Of a DNA stretch of 48,609 nucleotides, positions 10,462 through 20,349 are shown piece by piece. The notes beneath the pieces are model-generated. The model was not told where the DNA came from. It searched no databases and saw nothing but the letters and a program-made list of their open reading frames with translations. The position numbers and the translations under genes are program-made. The DNA is from Hyphomicrobiales bacterium (GTDB lineage Bacteria; Pseudomonadota; Alphaproteobacteria; Rhizobiales; Beijerinckiaceae). Location of the stretch: assembly GCA_947374125.1 (NCBI GenBank), contig CANCAR010000001.1, positions 1-48,609 on the forward strand, read 5' to 3'. Positions within the stretch are counted from its first letter, which is position 1. Each line of letters opens with the position of its first letter.

Positions 10462-10580
10462 AAATGTCTCCAAAGACGCTAAAAACTTGCAGCAGACCCC
10501 CTTCTGGCGGCATAGAGAGACTTTGGTCAAGACGTTCGTGGCGTGTGCCACACTCGATACTTTGTTTGGGAAGCACCTTG

Positions 10581-11942
10581 ATGACCGATTTAACTGCCGA
10601 TTCCTCGAGCCAATTCGAAGCGATTCCAGGCCTTATTGCGCGCCGCTGCGCGATGCTCGCCATTGATGATCTGTTGATCCGCAGCCTGCCGCTCGATGAA
10701 ACACTCGATCGGATCTTATCCGAGCCTGAAGGACGGTCGCTTTCGGAACGTGATCGTGGGTTAGCCCGCGCCATTGCGATGGCTGCGACCCGAAGGCTTG
10801 GAACGATTGGCGAAGCCTTGATGAAACGGCTCGAAAAGGGGTTGCCTGATCACTCCGGACGGCTCGAATCGATCCTTGTCGCAGGTGTCGCGCAGTTGCT
10901 TTATCTTGATGTGCCGGATCATGCCGCCGTCGATCTTTCCGTCCGGCTCGTGCAAGCTGATCCGGAAGCCAGACGCTTTGTGAAACTGGCCAATGGGCTG
11001 CTGCGGACGATCGCGCGTGAACGCGATGCCGTGCTTGCCCAAGATGACCCACTGCATCGGGATACGCCGGAATGGTTGGCCACGAAATGGGTTGATACCT
11101 ATGGTGAAGAGACCGCAAGAAAGATTGCGTCCGCCCACATGCAGGAAGCCTCGGTCGACATTACCGTGAAAGAAGATGCGGCGGGATGGGCCGAAAAACT
11201 CGATGCGGTAACGCTTTCAACCGGATCGCTGCGTCTTAAAGGGCGCACGAATGTAACCGCTCTGCCGGGCTATGCCGATGGCGCTTGGTGGGTCCAGGAC
11301 GCTGCCGCCGCCTTGCCCGCCGTGCTGCTTGATCCAAAGCCTGACGAAGTTATCGCCGATCTTTGCGCGGCCCCGGGTGGCAAAACGGCACAATTGGCTT
11401 ACGCGGGCGCGACCGTTACCGCGATTGATCGATCAGCCAAACGCCTCGAACGCTTGAGCGAAAACATGCTCCGGTTGCGTTTAACGGTTGAATCGGTGGC
11501 TACCGACGCCTTGGCGTATCAAGGTGGGCCGTTTGATGCCATTTTACTTGATGCGCCATGCACCGCGACCGGCACGATTCGCCGCCATCCTGATGTGGCT
11601 TGGACGAAAGAAGCCGTCGATCTTGAAAAGCTAGTCTCCTTGCAAGCTAGGCTATTGAAAAAGGCAATTGGGCTTTTAAAGCCGGGTGGCCGTTTGGTGT
11701 ATTGTACCTGTTCGCTTGAACCTGAGGAGGGCGAACGCCAGATCGCAACGCTGCTTGAAAACGATGATCGGATCAAACGTTCGCCTTTCGGCAAGGACGA
11801 TATGGCGCGGATCGGACCTGATCTCGCCCGCGCGATCAATGGGCAGGGCGAGTTGCGGACATTACCCTTTATGCTGCCGAATGAGGACCCACGGCTGCAA
11901 GGAATTGACGGGTTTTTTGCGGCTCGGCTCGTTCGAACTTAA
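10581..11942 (+). CDS. rsmB: 16S rRNA (cytosine-C5) methyltransferase, RsmB/Sun family
   Basis: NusB-like N-terminal region plus a SAM-MTase core (DLCAAPGGKT, ILLDAPCTATGTIRRHPD, LVYCTCSLEPEEGE). Preferred start ATG 10581 (MTDLTAD...). The tracked ORF begins at 10428. Confidence 0.85.
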   Translation: MTDLTADSSSQFEAIPGLIARRCAMLAIDDLLIRSLPLDETLDRILSEPEGRSLSERDRGLARAIAMAATRRLGTIGEALMKRLEKGLPDHSGRLESILVAGVAQLLYLDVPDHAAVDLSVRLVQADPEARRFVKLANGLLRTIARERDAVLAQDDPLHRDTPEWLATKWVDTYGEETARKIASAHMQEASVDITVKEDAAGWAEKLDAVTLSTGSLRLKGRTNVTALPGYADGAWWVQDAAAALPAVLLDPKPDEVIADLCAAPGGKTAQLAYAGATVTAIDRSAKRLERLSENMLRLRLTVESVATDALAYQGGPFDAILLDAPCTATGTIRRHPDVAWTKEAVDLEKLVSLQARLLKKAIGLLKPGGRLVYCTCSLEPEEGERQIATLLENDDRIKRSPFGKDDMARIGPDLARAINGQGELRTLPFMLPNEDPRLQGIDGFFAARLVRT

Positions 11943-12008
11943 GTTTTAACACTTTCTCGGCCAATCGATTTGGCGCTTGGCTGACAAAAAAGATAGGATA
12001 GTTGTTCA

Positions 12009-13751
12009 TTGGCGAGAGGCGAAGTGGACACGCGTTTGGCACAAGGTAGTAGATCGGAAATCGGGCTGACCCTTCGCTTTGCGGTTCGTCGTGTTGCGGT
12101 TCGCTCGATTGCGTCCTTGCTGGCCACTGTCCGCTGGATAAAACCGACGCCCTTCTCCGGCAGCATCGAGCGCATTCTCATTGCACCGCAGGATCTCAGA
12201 ACAAGCGACCCAACGGCAGCCAGTGACATCTATTCCGGCTATTTTGCTTTTGCGGGCAAGATTGTCGCAACAGGAGGCCGCTCTCCTTTCTCGGCTGAGC
12301 CGCCTTCGCGGGCTTGGTCAGAAGCGCTTATGGCCTTTGGGTGGCTTCGGGATATTCGGGCTGCCGATACCGCGCTCGCACGTGCCAATGCCCGAACGTT
12401 AGTGGGCGATTGGATCGCGAGTTCTGGCAAGCCCGATGGGTCGCCAGCGTGGGATATACAAGTCATATCCAAACGGCTGACTGCTTGGCTTAGCCATTCT
12501 CCGCTCATTCTGGATGGTGCCGATAGGGCGTTTTATCGGCGGTTTATGGCTTCTATCCGCCGTCAATCAGCCTATCTTTGGCGGCAATCGCGCCGAATTG
12601 ATCATCGGGCCGATCGCCTTCAGGCTGCCATTGCGATGGCATCTATCGCGTTGTGTACGGATATTGGACCTCGACGCACCCAGCGGATTATACAGCATTT
12701 TGTCCGCCAACTTGACCGTGAGATTCTCTCCGATGGTGGCCATATCAGCCGCAATCCGCAAGCTCTCGTTGATATTTTGACCGATCTTCTTCCCCTTCGG
12801 CATTGTTTTTTGTCACAATCAACGACGCCTCCAGCCGAATTACTGAATGCGATTGATCGGATGATGCCGATGATCCGGCTGTTTCGACACGGCGATGGCA
12901 CCTTGGCAAGGTTCAATGGCATGAGTGCCACGGCACCTGATGTGATAGCCACTCTGCTCGCTTATCAGGATATGCGCTCGGCAGGAGCCGAAACTGCTGG
13001 GCCGTCAGGGTATCGGCGGTTGCAGGGTGCCGAAACGGTCCTGGTCATGGATGTAGGTAATCCGCCGCCCGAGACATACTCCGCCTCCGCCCATGCTGGG
13101 TGTCTTGCCTTTGAATTGTCAGACGGCGTCGAGCAATTGGTTATTAATTGCGGTGCCCCTGTTTTGGGTCAGGAAGCACGGCGTTCGCTCGCTCGAGCGA
13201 CGGCGGCGCATTCAACCCTCGTTCTCGGCGATACATCGTCGAGCCGCTTTGCTGCCATCCATGAAGACCGCTGGCCGATGGGAAGTCCTGTCATTAGCGG
13301 GCCCAGACGGGTTACGGCCATGCGCGAAAGCGATGCAGAGGGCGAGCGCATTATTGCAACGCATGACGGTTATGCGAGCCGGTTTGGTCTCGTGCACGGT
13401 AGGACCCTGACGCTCGATCATCAGGGTAATTGGCTCATTGGCGAGGATATCCTCCGCCCTGTACACGAAAAGAACGTGAACCCAGCGTTAGCCTATGCGA
13501 TCCGGTTTCACCTGCACCCCAGCATAGAGGCCGAATTGATTGAGCCGGACCAGATCCGACTCACCACGTCTTTAGGCCAGATTTGGACCTTTACAGCTGA
13601 TCGACCGGTTACCCTTGAAGATAGCGTATTGTTTGCGAGCATGAACGGCATGCGTCGGACAACGCAGATCGTGATTGAAGGCAACGCGCTTGAAAATCCG
13701 CATGTTAAGTGGGCAATTCTCAAAAGTGATTCGCCGGATTCATCCCGCTGA
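12009..13751 (+). CDS. Heparinase II/III-family protein
   Basis: C-terminal heparinase II/III-like block (HAHAGCLAFELSDG...LVINCG). Conserved alphaproteobacterial position between rsmB and purH. The start codon is uncertain. Confidence 0.7.
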   Translation: MARGEVDTRLAQGSRSEIGLTLRFAVRRVAVRSIASLLATVRWIKPTPFSGSIERILIAPQDLRTSDPTAASDIYSGYFAFAGKIVATGGRSPFSAEPPSRAWSEALMAFGWLRDIRAADTALARANARTLVGDWIASSGKPDGSPAWDIQVISKRLTAWLSHSPLILDGADRAFYRRFMASIRRQSAYLWRQSRRIDHRADRLQAAIAMASIALCTDIGPRRTQRIIQHFVRQLDREILSDGGHISRNPQALVDILTDLLPLRHCFLSQSTTPPAELLNAIDRMMPMIRLFRHGDGTLARFNGMSATAPDVIATLLAYQDMRSAGAETAGPSGYRRLQGAETVLVMDVGNPPPETYSASAHAGCLAFELSDGVEQLVINCGAPVLGQEARRSLARATAAHSTLVLGDTSSSRFAAIHEDRWPMGSPVISGPRRVTAMRESDAEGERIIATHDGYASRFGLVHGRTLTLDHQGNWLIGEDILRPVHEKNVNPALAYAIRFHLHPSIEAELIEPDQIRLTTSLGQIWTFTADRPVTLEDSVLFASMNGMRRTTQIVIEGNALENPHVKWAILKSDSPDSSR

Positions 13752-13847
13752 TCCTTTTTTCTTGCGCCTAATGGCCAATCTTATCTGGATTGACCAGTCG
13801 TGATATCGAACGGTTCTCGTGTTGTTTTCGAAAAAGGTTTATCTTTC

Positions 13848-15440
13848 ATGCCCAGCAATCTGCGCCGCGCAACCCGCGCCCTGCTTTCGGTCTCCGATAA
13901 AACGGGGCTCTTGGAGTTTGCCCATGCGCTCAACGCGCGCGGCATTGAATTGCTGTCGACGGGGGGAACGGCCAAAGCACTTTCCAGCGCTGGATTGCCG
14001 GTTCGTGACGTCTCTGATGTGACGGGCTTTCCAGAAATGATGGATGGGCGCGTCAAGACCTTGCATCCGAAGGTGCATGGCGGCCTCTTGGCCATTCGGG
14101 GCAATCCGGAGCATGAAGCGGCGATGCTGGCGCATGGGATTGGTCCCATCGACCTTTTAGTGGTCAATCTTTATCCGTTTGAGGAAACAATTGCGAAAAC
14201 CGACGATTTTGCGACCTCGATCGAGAATATTGATGTGGGCGGTCCAGCGATGATTCGGGGTGCTGCTAAAAACCATGCTGATGTCGCCGTTTTGGTCGAC
14301 ACCAGCGATTACGGGCTCATTCTCGATGAATTACAGACCAATGACGGCTGCACCACGTTAAAAACCCGGCGGGCGCTTGCGGCTAAGGCTTTTTCGCGAA
14401 CGGCCGCCTATGATTCAGCAATCGCAAACTGGTTCGCAGCGCGTGAGGACGAGCCGACGCCGGATTGGCGGACGCTGGGCGGCCATCGTGTTGAAGTCAT
14501 GCGATATGGGGAAAATCCCCATCAATCGGCATCGTTTTATCGCACGCCTGAGCAACGTCCCGGTGTTGCAACAGCACGCCAAGTTCAGGGCAAGCAGCTT
14601 TCTTACAACAATATCAACGACACGGATGCCGCGTTTGAATGCGTGGCAGAATTTGACCCGAAAACAACGGCAGCCGCCGTTATCGTTAAGCACGCTAATC
14701 CAAGTGGCGCGGCCATTGGAGGCAGTTTGGCCGAGGCCTATCGCAATGCGTTGCGCTGCGATCCCGTCTCGGCCTTTGGCGGGATCGTTGCCGTCAATCG
14801 CCGTCTTGATGCCGAGGCGGCCCGCGCGATTGTCGAAATTTTTACCGAGGTGATTGTCGCTCCTGAGGCCGATGACGAGGCGATCGCCATCGTTGCGGCC
14901 AAGAAAAACCTGCGCCTCCTGCTGACGGGCGGACTGCCCGACCCTAGGCGTGCTGGCCTCGTGATCCGTTCGGTTGCTGGCGGCTTTCTTGCACAATCGC
15001 GCGACAATGCGGTTGTCGATGATATGGCGCTTCGGGTTGTTACCAAGCGGGCACCGACGCCCGCGGAATTCAGCGATTTACGCTTTGCCTTCCGCATCGC
15101 CAAACATGTCAAATCAAACGCGATTGTATATGCCAAGCATGGCGCAACGGTTGGCATCGGTGCGGGCCAGATGAGCCGGATCGACTCGGCCCGGATTGCC
15201 GCGTGGAAAGCGGCGGATGCGGCCAAACTCGCGCATGTTCCTGAAAGCCTCGCGCTTGGCTCTGTTGTAGCATCCGACGCGTTCTTTCCCTTTGCGGATG
15301 GTTTGCTGGCGGCGGCTGAGGCGGGAGCAACGGCGATTATTCAACCCGGTGGATCGATGCGGGACGATGAGGTGATTGCAGCGGCTGATGCGCACGGCCT
15401 CGCAATGGTCTTTACGGATACCCGTCATTTCAGGCATTAA
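13848..15440 (+). CDS. purH: Bifunctional AICAR transformylase / IMP cyclohydrolase
   Basis: [16 protein letters not shown]...GTAKAL...[13 protein letters not shown], with end-to-end PurH-like sequence. Start ATG 13848. Confidence 0.95.
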   Translation: MPSNLRRATRALLSVSDKTGLLEFAHALNARGIELLSTGGTAKALSSAGLPVRDVSDVTGFPEMMDGRVKTLHPKVHGGLLAIRGNPEHEAAMLAHGIGPIDLLVVNLYPFEETIAKTDDFATSIENIDVGGPAMIRGAAKNHADVAVLVDTSDYGLILDELQTNDGCTTLKTRRALAAKAFSRTAAYDSAIANWFAAREDEPTPDWRTLGGHRVEVMRYGENPHQSASFYRTPEQRPGVATARQVQGKQLSYNNINDTDAAFECVAEFDPKTTAAAVIVKHANPSGAAIGGSLAEAYRNALRCDPVSAFGGIVAVNRRLDAEAARAIVEIFTEVIVAPEADDEAIAIVAAKKNLRLLLTGGLPDPRRAGLVIRSVAGGFLAQSRDNAVVDDMALRVVTKRAPTPAEFSDLRFAFRIAKHVKSNAIVYAKHGATVGIGAGQMSRIDSARIAAWKAADAAKLAHVPESLALGSVVASDAFFPFADGLLAAAEAGATAIIQPGGSMRDDEVIAAADAHGLAMVFTDTRHFRH

Positions 15441-15446
15441 GGAAAA

Positions 15447-16190
15447 ATGAGTCTCGCTTTTGCCAATCCTCGTCGATTCCTAAACGTTGCCCGTATTGCG
15501 ATCCCTTGGGTCGCGGTGATCGGGGTCGTTCTGAGCGGTATCGGCTTTTATGCAGCCTTTGCCTTTGCGCCTGCCGATTACCAGCAGGGCGAAACGGTGC
15601 GGATAATGTATATTCATGTCCCATCCGCCTGGTTGTCGATGGCGTGCTACGGGCTGATGGCGATTTCGTCGATTGGAACGCTGGTGTGGCGGCATCCTTT
15701 GGCCGATGTTTCGGCGAAGGCTATTGCGCCGATTGGAGCTGCATTTACGTTTTTATGCCTGATTACCGGCTCACTCTGGGGTCGGCCCATGTGGGGCACT
15801 TGGTGGGTGTGGGACGCGCGCCTAACCTCCGTTTTGGTGCTGTTTTTGATCTATTGCGGCATTCTGGCCCTGTGGAACGCTTATGAAGATCCGGCGCGCG
15901 CGGGCCGCGCTGCGGCCGTTATGACCTTGGTTGGAGCCATCAACCTTCCGATTGTAAAATTCTCGGTTGATTGGTGGAATACGCTGCATCAACCGGCAAG
16001 CGTGTTTCGTATGGGTGGGCCGACGATTGACCGGTCCATGCTCTGGCCTTTGCTGTATGTCGCTATTGGGCTCACGTTTTTGATGCTGGCTTTACATCTT
16101 GCGGCCATGCGTAACGAAATTTTGCGCCGTCGGGTTCGTACCCTCGGCTTGATTGCGGCCAGTACCGAAAGCCTAGGACCTTCAGCATGA
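15447..16190 (+). CDS. ccmC: Heme exporter protein CcmC
   Basis: Polytopic protein with the WGxxWxWD tryptophan-rich motif (WGTWWVWDARL). Confidence 0.92.
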   Translation: MSLAFANPRRFLNVARIAIPWVAVIGVVLSGIGFYAAFAFAPADYQQGETVRIMYIHVPSAWLSMACYGLMAISSIGTLVWRHPLADVSAKAIAPIGAAFTFLCLITGSLWGRPMWGTWWVWDARLTSVLVLFLIYCGILALWNAYEDPARAGRAAAVMTLVGAINLPIVKFSVDWWNTLHQPASVFRMGGPTIDRSMLWPLLYVAIGLTFLMLALHLAAMRNEILRRRVRTLGLIAASTESLGPSA

Positions 16191-16354
16191 TCGATGATCC
16201 GCATTTTGGATTTATTTTGGCGGCTTATCTGATTGCAGCATTGGTTTTTGTTGGATTGGTTAGCTGGATCGTAACGGATTACCGCTTACAAAAGAGGACC
16301 CTAGAACAGTTGGAGGCGTCAGGTGTACGCCGCCGTTCCGATAGTGAGGTCTAA
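16187..16354 (+). CDS. ccmD: Heme exporter protein CcmD (55 aa; below the ORF-track length cut-off)
   Basis: Own translation gives MIDDPHFGFILAAYLIAALVFVGLVSWIVTDYRLQKRTLEQLEASGVRRRSDSEV, a single-TM protein. ATGA overlap with the ccmC stop and TAATG overlap with the ccmG start. Canonical ccmC-D-G position. Confidence 0.8.
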   Translation: MIDDPHFGFILAAYLIAALVFVGLVSWIVTDYRLQKRTLEQLEASGVRRRSDSEV

Positions 16355-16920
16355 TGAGCGTTGCGAAAGCAGGAATTGGTTTTTTCGTCTTACCGGGAGC
16401 CATTTTTAGCGTCCTAGCTGCCTTGTTGCTTTACAGCATGTGGCGAGGCCCGACGATGAACATGCCGTCGACCTTGATCGGAAAAGCTGCTCCGCGATTT
16501 ACATTACCAGCTTTGCCAGGCGTGGTAGGCATGCCGACGACGGGTCTGTCGACCGAAGACCTCAAAGGCCAAGTGACAGTTATCAATATATTCGCATCCT
16601 GGTGCGTGCCGTGCCGGGATGAGCATCCCTTGTTGCTGCGGCTCGGTGCTGATGCAAGGGTTCGCCTGATGGGTATTAATTATAAAGACGAGCCGGATAA
16701 TGCCCGGCGTTTTTTAGGATCACTCGGTAACCCTTATCGTTCGGTCGGTATGGACCCGGCCGGAAGGGCCGCGATTGACTGGGGCGTCTACGGGGTTCCG
16801 GAGAGCTTCGTCCTCGATAGCAATGGCATTATTGTTTACAAACATGTCGGGCCCTTGACGGAAGACGCGCTCAAAGGTCCGTTCAATGACGCAATTGAGA
16901 AGGCGAAAAAGGGCAGCTAG
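16354..16920 (+). CDS. ccmG: Thiol:disulfide oxidoreductase CcmG/DsbE
   Basis: N-terminal TM anchor. Thioredoxin fold with active site WCVPC, followed by GINYKD and GVYGVPE blocks. Confidence 0.92.
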   Translation: MSVAKAGIGFFVLPGAIFSVLAALLLYSMWRGPTMNMPSTLIGKAAPRFTLPALPGVVGMPTTGLSTEDLKGQVTVINIFASWCVPCRDEHPLLLRLGADARVRLMGINYKDEPDNARRFLGSLGNPYRSVGMDPAGRAAIDWGVYGVPESFVLDSNGIIVYKHVGPLTEDALKGPFNDAIEKAKKGS

Positions 16921-16940
16921 GACCGATTAATCGCCGATTG

Positions 16941-17531
16941 TTAGTCCGTCTCGTCTTTTTTTCTTTCATATTTCATCATTAAAGGCGTTTGCAGCATAGC
17001 GAACCCGACGGTAAGCGCGGTGGCACCAAACACTTTGAATTGCACCCAATAATCGGGAAAGCCGTGCCGAACGATCTCGTTCAAACCGGCAAGTGCGAAG
17101 AAAAATAAAGCCCAACGCAGGCTTAGGATTTTCCACCCTTCCTCCGTTAGATCGACGGCCTCGCCCAGAATCGTGGCCAATAAGGGCTTGCCCATGAGCA
17201 ACCCACCCACCAATAAAACGCCAAACAAGGCGTAAATGATGGTCGGTTTCATCCGGAAAAAAGTCTCATCGTGTAAAAATAAAGTTAGGCCACCAAAGAC
17301 CGCGACGATGATGCCTGAGACGATCGACATCACCGGTAGATGGCGTGTCAGGATGAAGGACGCCGCCATCGACGCAAACAGCGAGACCATGAAGGCCGCT
17401 GTTGCCACGAAAAAATCGGCGAAACTGTAGCCAATGAAGAAAATAACTAGCGGACCCAGATCGAAAGCGAACCGGAGAAGCGGCGAAAGCTTCTTGCGTG
17501 GAGTGACTTTGGCGTCGTTCACGGCATTCAT
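16941..17531 (-). CDS. yciB: Inner-membrane septation protein A family (YciB/IspZ)
   Basis: 196-aa five-TM protein with the typical N-terminus (LLRFAFDLGPLVIFFIGY). Confidence 0.8.
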   Translation of the reverse strand: MNAVNDAKVTPRKKLSPLLRFAFDLGPLVIFFIGYSFADFFVATAAFMVSLFASMAASFILTRHLPVMSIVSGIIVAVFGGLTLFLHDETFFRMKPTIIYALFGVLLVGGLLMGKPLLATILGEAVDLTEEGWKILSLRWALFFFALAGLNEIVRHGFPDYWVQFKVFGATALTVGFAMLQTPLMMKYERKKDETD

Positions 17532-17645
17532 CCCCTGATAATTCGGTTGCGCCCTTGCCAGTACGCCCCTGCTCGGTCAGTCTTAGACAAACTTTAGCGC
17601 AAGGCTAGAGCGATTGAGAAGTAAATTGGACCGAGAAGTAATCCC

Positions 17646-18350
17646 ATGACCGCAGTTTTTGCCATTTCCATCGAGCCCCGCGCGACCATTCCGGTTGTCG
17701 GATCTGATCAGGTATTTCCTGTCCGGCGTATCTACTGCATCGGTCGCAACTACGCGGCGCATGCCCGCGAGATGGGCGGTGACCCGAACCGTGAACCGCC
17801 GTTTTTCTTCCAAAAAGCCTCGGATACGGTTCAGAACTGCCCCGCGAATGGCACCGTTCAGCATCCCTATCCAACCATGACGGCCAATTATCACCATGAA
17901 GTCGAGATGGTTGTGGCGCTAAAATCCGGGGGCCGGGACATCGCCGAGAAGGACGCGCTTTCGCATGTCTTTGGCTACGCTGTTGGCCTCGATATGACGC
18001 GGCGGGATCTGCAGGACGAGGCTAAGACGCTGAAGCGGCCTTGGGAAGTTGGCAAAAGCGCGGACCATTCGGCCCCGGTTGGCCCCTTGTATCCGGTATC
18101 TTCCGTTGGTCATCCGGCAAAAGGCTCGATCAGCGTGTCGGTGAACGGAGAACCACGGCAATCCTCTGATCTCTCCGATATGATCTGGTCGGTGCCGGAG
18201 CAGATTGCAATTTTGTCGCGCTATTTTGAGCTGAAAGCTGGCGATATCATCTTTACTGGCACGCCTGAGGGGGTGGGTAAGGTTCAACGTGGCGAGACGA
18301 TGCGGGCGGTGATCGATGGTTTGGGCGAAATTTCGCTCCATATTGTTTGA
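17646..18350 (+). CDS. Fumarylacetoacetate hydrolase (FAH) family protein
   Basis: FAH-family blocks: RIYCIGRNYAAHAREMG, HHEVEMVVAL, GDIIFTGTPEGVG. Confidence 0.85.
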   Translation: MTAVFAISIEPRATIPVVGSDQVFPVRRIYCIGRNYAAHAREMGGDPNREPPFFFQKASDTVQNCPANGTVQHPYPTMTANYHHEVEMVVALKSGGRDIAEKDALSHVFGYAVGLDMTRRDLQDEAKTLKRPWEVGKSADHSAPVGPLYPVSSVGHPAKGSISVSVNGEPRQSSDLSDMIWSVPEQIAILSRYFELKAGDIIFTGTPEGVGKVQRGETMRAVIDGLGEISLHIV

Positions 18351-18363
18351 GGGGTGATCTTTC

Positions 18364-19590
18364 ATGCGTAGCTTTTCCAACCACGATCCGCGGACCTTAA
18401 GCGTTCATGCGGGCCTTGAGCCTGACCCGGTGACGGGAGCGATTGCGCCGAACGTTGTAACCGCATCGAATTTTGCTTTCCAGCCCGATGGCGTGGCCTT
18501 CTCCGCCAATCTCAACCCGGACATGACGGCCTTGCCGTTCTTTTATTCACGCTGGACCAACCCCACCGTCCGCCAGCTTGAGCAACGCATTGCTGCGCTT
18601 GAGGGAGCGGAGGACGGGATTGCCACCGCCAGCGGCATGGCGGCTGCCGCTGCCCTGTTTTTTGGCGTGCTAAAAGCGGGTGATCACGTGATTGTAAGCG
18701 ATGTCTGCTATCCGGGGGTGCGGGAGCTGGCGAGCGATATTCTTTCCGATCTTGATATTGCGTCGACGGCGGTGAATTTGTCCGATCTGGCGGCCGTCCG
18801 CGCGGCCATTCAACCTGCTACAAAACTGATCCACGCCGAGACACCCTGCAACCCGCTGATGCGACTAACCGATATTGCGGCGTTGGCAGATATTGCGCGT
18901 GAAGCTGGATGCTTGTTATCGGTTGACTCAACCGTTGCGACACCGGTGGCGACAAGGCCGATTGAACTCGGGGCCGATATCGTCATCCATTCTTTGACGA
19001 AGTTCATCAATGGCCATGGTGATGCGTTGGGCGGGATGTTGCTTGGTAAAAAGAGCCTGATTGAACCGATTCGTGCGCGCGTCGCTGTGCGCCTTGGCGC
19101 CTCACTCAGTGCGCAAAGTGCTTGGCTGATTTTGCGCGGCGTTGATACGCTTTATCCCCGTATGGAAGCGATTGAGCGGAACGCTCAGAAAATCGCCGAG
19201 GGGCTTGAGGCCCATCCGGCGGTGTTACGCGTGATCTATCCGGGCCTTGCTTCGCACCCGCAAAATGAGCTGGCGCGGCGCCAGATGAAGAATTTCTCAG
19301 GCATGATGACCTTTCAAACCAAGGCCGACCCGAACCTTGTCGCCCGGGCGATTGCAGGCGAAGGGGGCACGAAACTGGTGCATTATGCCGTTTCGCTTGG
19401 TCATCAACGCAGCAATCTTGTGCTCATGCGCACGGATGAGCTGATGCAATCGACCTTTAAGCTCGAAGGCGAGGCGCTCGCCGATTATCGGCGCTATGCG
19501 GGGGATGGCGTGTTCCGCTTCTCGGTAGGTCTTGAAGCACCTGACGATGTTTTGGCGGATTTGTTTTCCGTTCTCGACCGGTTTCGCTGA
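18364..19590 (+). CDS. Cys/Met-metabolism PLP-dependent enzyme (gamma-lyase / gamma-synthase family)
   Basis: Trans-sulfuration enzyme family pattern, including the PLP-lysine context HSLTKFINGHGD. Exact specificity cannot be determined from sequence alone. Confidence 0.8.
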   Translation: MRSFSNHDPRTLSVHAGLEPDPVTGAIAPNVVTASNFAFQPDGVAFSANLNPDMTALPFFYSRWTNPTVRQLEQRIAALEGAEDGIATASGMAAAAALFFGVLKAGDHVIVSDVCYPGVRELASDILSDLDIASTAVNLSDLAAVRAAIQPATKLIHAETPCNPLMRLTDIAALADIAREAGCLLSVDSTVATPVATRPIELGADIVIHSLTKFINGHGDALGGMLLGKKSLIEPIRARVAVRLGASLSAQSAWLILRGVDTLYPRMEAIERNAQKIAEGLEAHPAVLRVIYPGLASHPQNELARRQMKNFSGMMTFQTKADPNLVARAIAGEGGTKLVHYAVSLGHQRSNLVLMRTDELMQSTFKLEGEALADYRRYAGDGVFRFSVGLEAPDDVLADLFSVLDRFR

Positions 19591-19598
19591 TTCCTGCG

Positions 19599-20249
19599 CT
19601 ATCGCCCCTGCGTCAGAAACAACTTCACAGCAAACGCCGACACAATGCCCGCAAAGCCGTAATCAAAAATACGCATGGCGCGGGGTGAGGATTGCATGAA
19701 GCGCGTGAAGCGCTCTGCAACGAGAATAATCAAGCCGTTGGTTGGAATGCCGATGACGAGAAAAAATAGCCCGAGAAACAGCATCTTTCCGGCAGCCGCG
19801 GGATCGGATGCGTCAACGAATTGCGGCAGGAAGGTCACGAAAAAGACGATCACTTTCGGGTTGGTTAGATTAATGCCGAGGCCCGTGAGAAACGTACCAC
19901 GCAGACTTTGTTTCGGTGCGCTCGTATTGTCGACAGAGAAACCGGAGCCGTGCCGGATTGCGCCATAAGCCAGCCAGCCCAAATAAAGCCCGCCAATGAT
20001 TTTTAAGATGAAAAAGGCCGTGGGAGACGCGGCTAACAAGGCGGATAGGCCCAAGCCCGCCAAGGTTGCATGAACAATGAGGCCAGCGGATGCGCCAAAC
20101 ATTGCGGCAAAGCCCATGCTTCGTCCGCCCGTTACGGTTCTTGCCAGAAACAGGGCCATATCGGGCCCCGGCGTGATCGAAAGCAGGAAGGAAGCCAGCG
20201 AGAACAGGGCAATGGTTTGAAACGTTGGGATAAAATCAAGCGCGGGCAT
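19599..20249 (-). CDS. LysE/RhtB-family amino-acid exporter
   Basis: Six-TM LysE-type sequence (ITPGPDMALFLARTV...). Preferred start ATG 20249. The tracked ORF extends to 20285. Confidence 0.82.
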   Translation of the reverse strand: MPALDFIPTFQTIALFSLASFLLSITPGPDMALFLARTVTGGRSMGFAAMFGASAGLIVHATLAGLGLSALLAASPTAFFILKIIGGLYLGWLAYGAIRHGSGFSVDNTSAPKQSLRGTFLTGLGINLTNPKVIVFFVTFLPQFVDASDPAAAGKMLFLGLFFLVIGIPTNGLIILVAERFTRFMQSSPRAMRIFDYGFAGIVSAFAVKLFLTQGR

Positions 20250-20349
20250 GAACAACCTCGGGATGAGAGCGTATGACCGGTTCATACTATCTTTGTGGCC
20301 GGTTCGAAAACCCGATTCCGATGGTGAATTTATCGGGCGTTTTGGCCCT

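Noticed and set aside
10428-10580. N-terminal extensions of tracked ORFs: rsmB from 10428, purH from 13800, leuC from 26482, asd from 43992, PCu(A)C from 38146, arsC from 39146, DUF1993 from 41220 and ssuD to 35762.
   Set aside because: The extended parts have no family similarity. They often overlap neighbouring genes or regulatory DNA. In each case an internal start codon coincides with the conserved protein N-terminus, often with an SD upstream.
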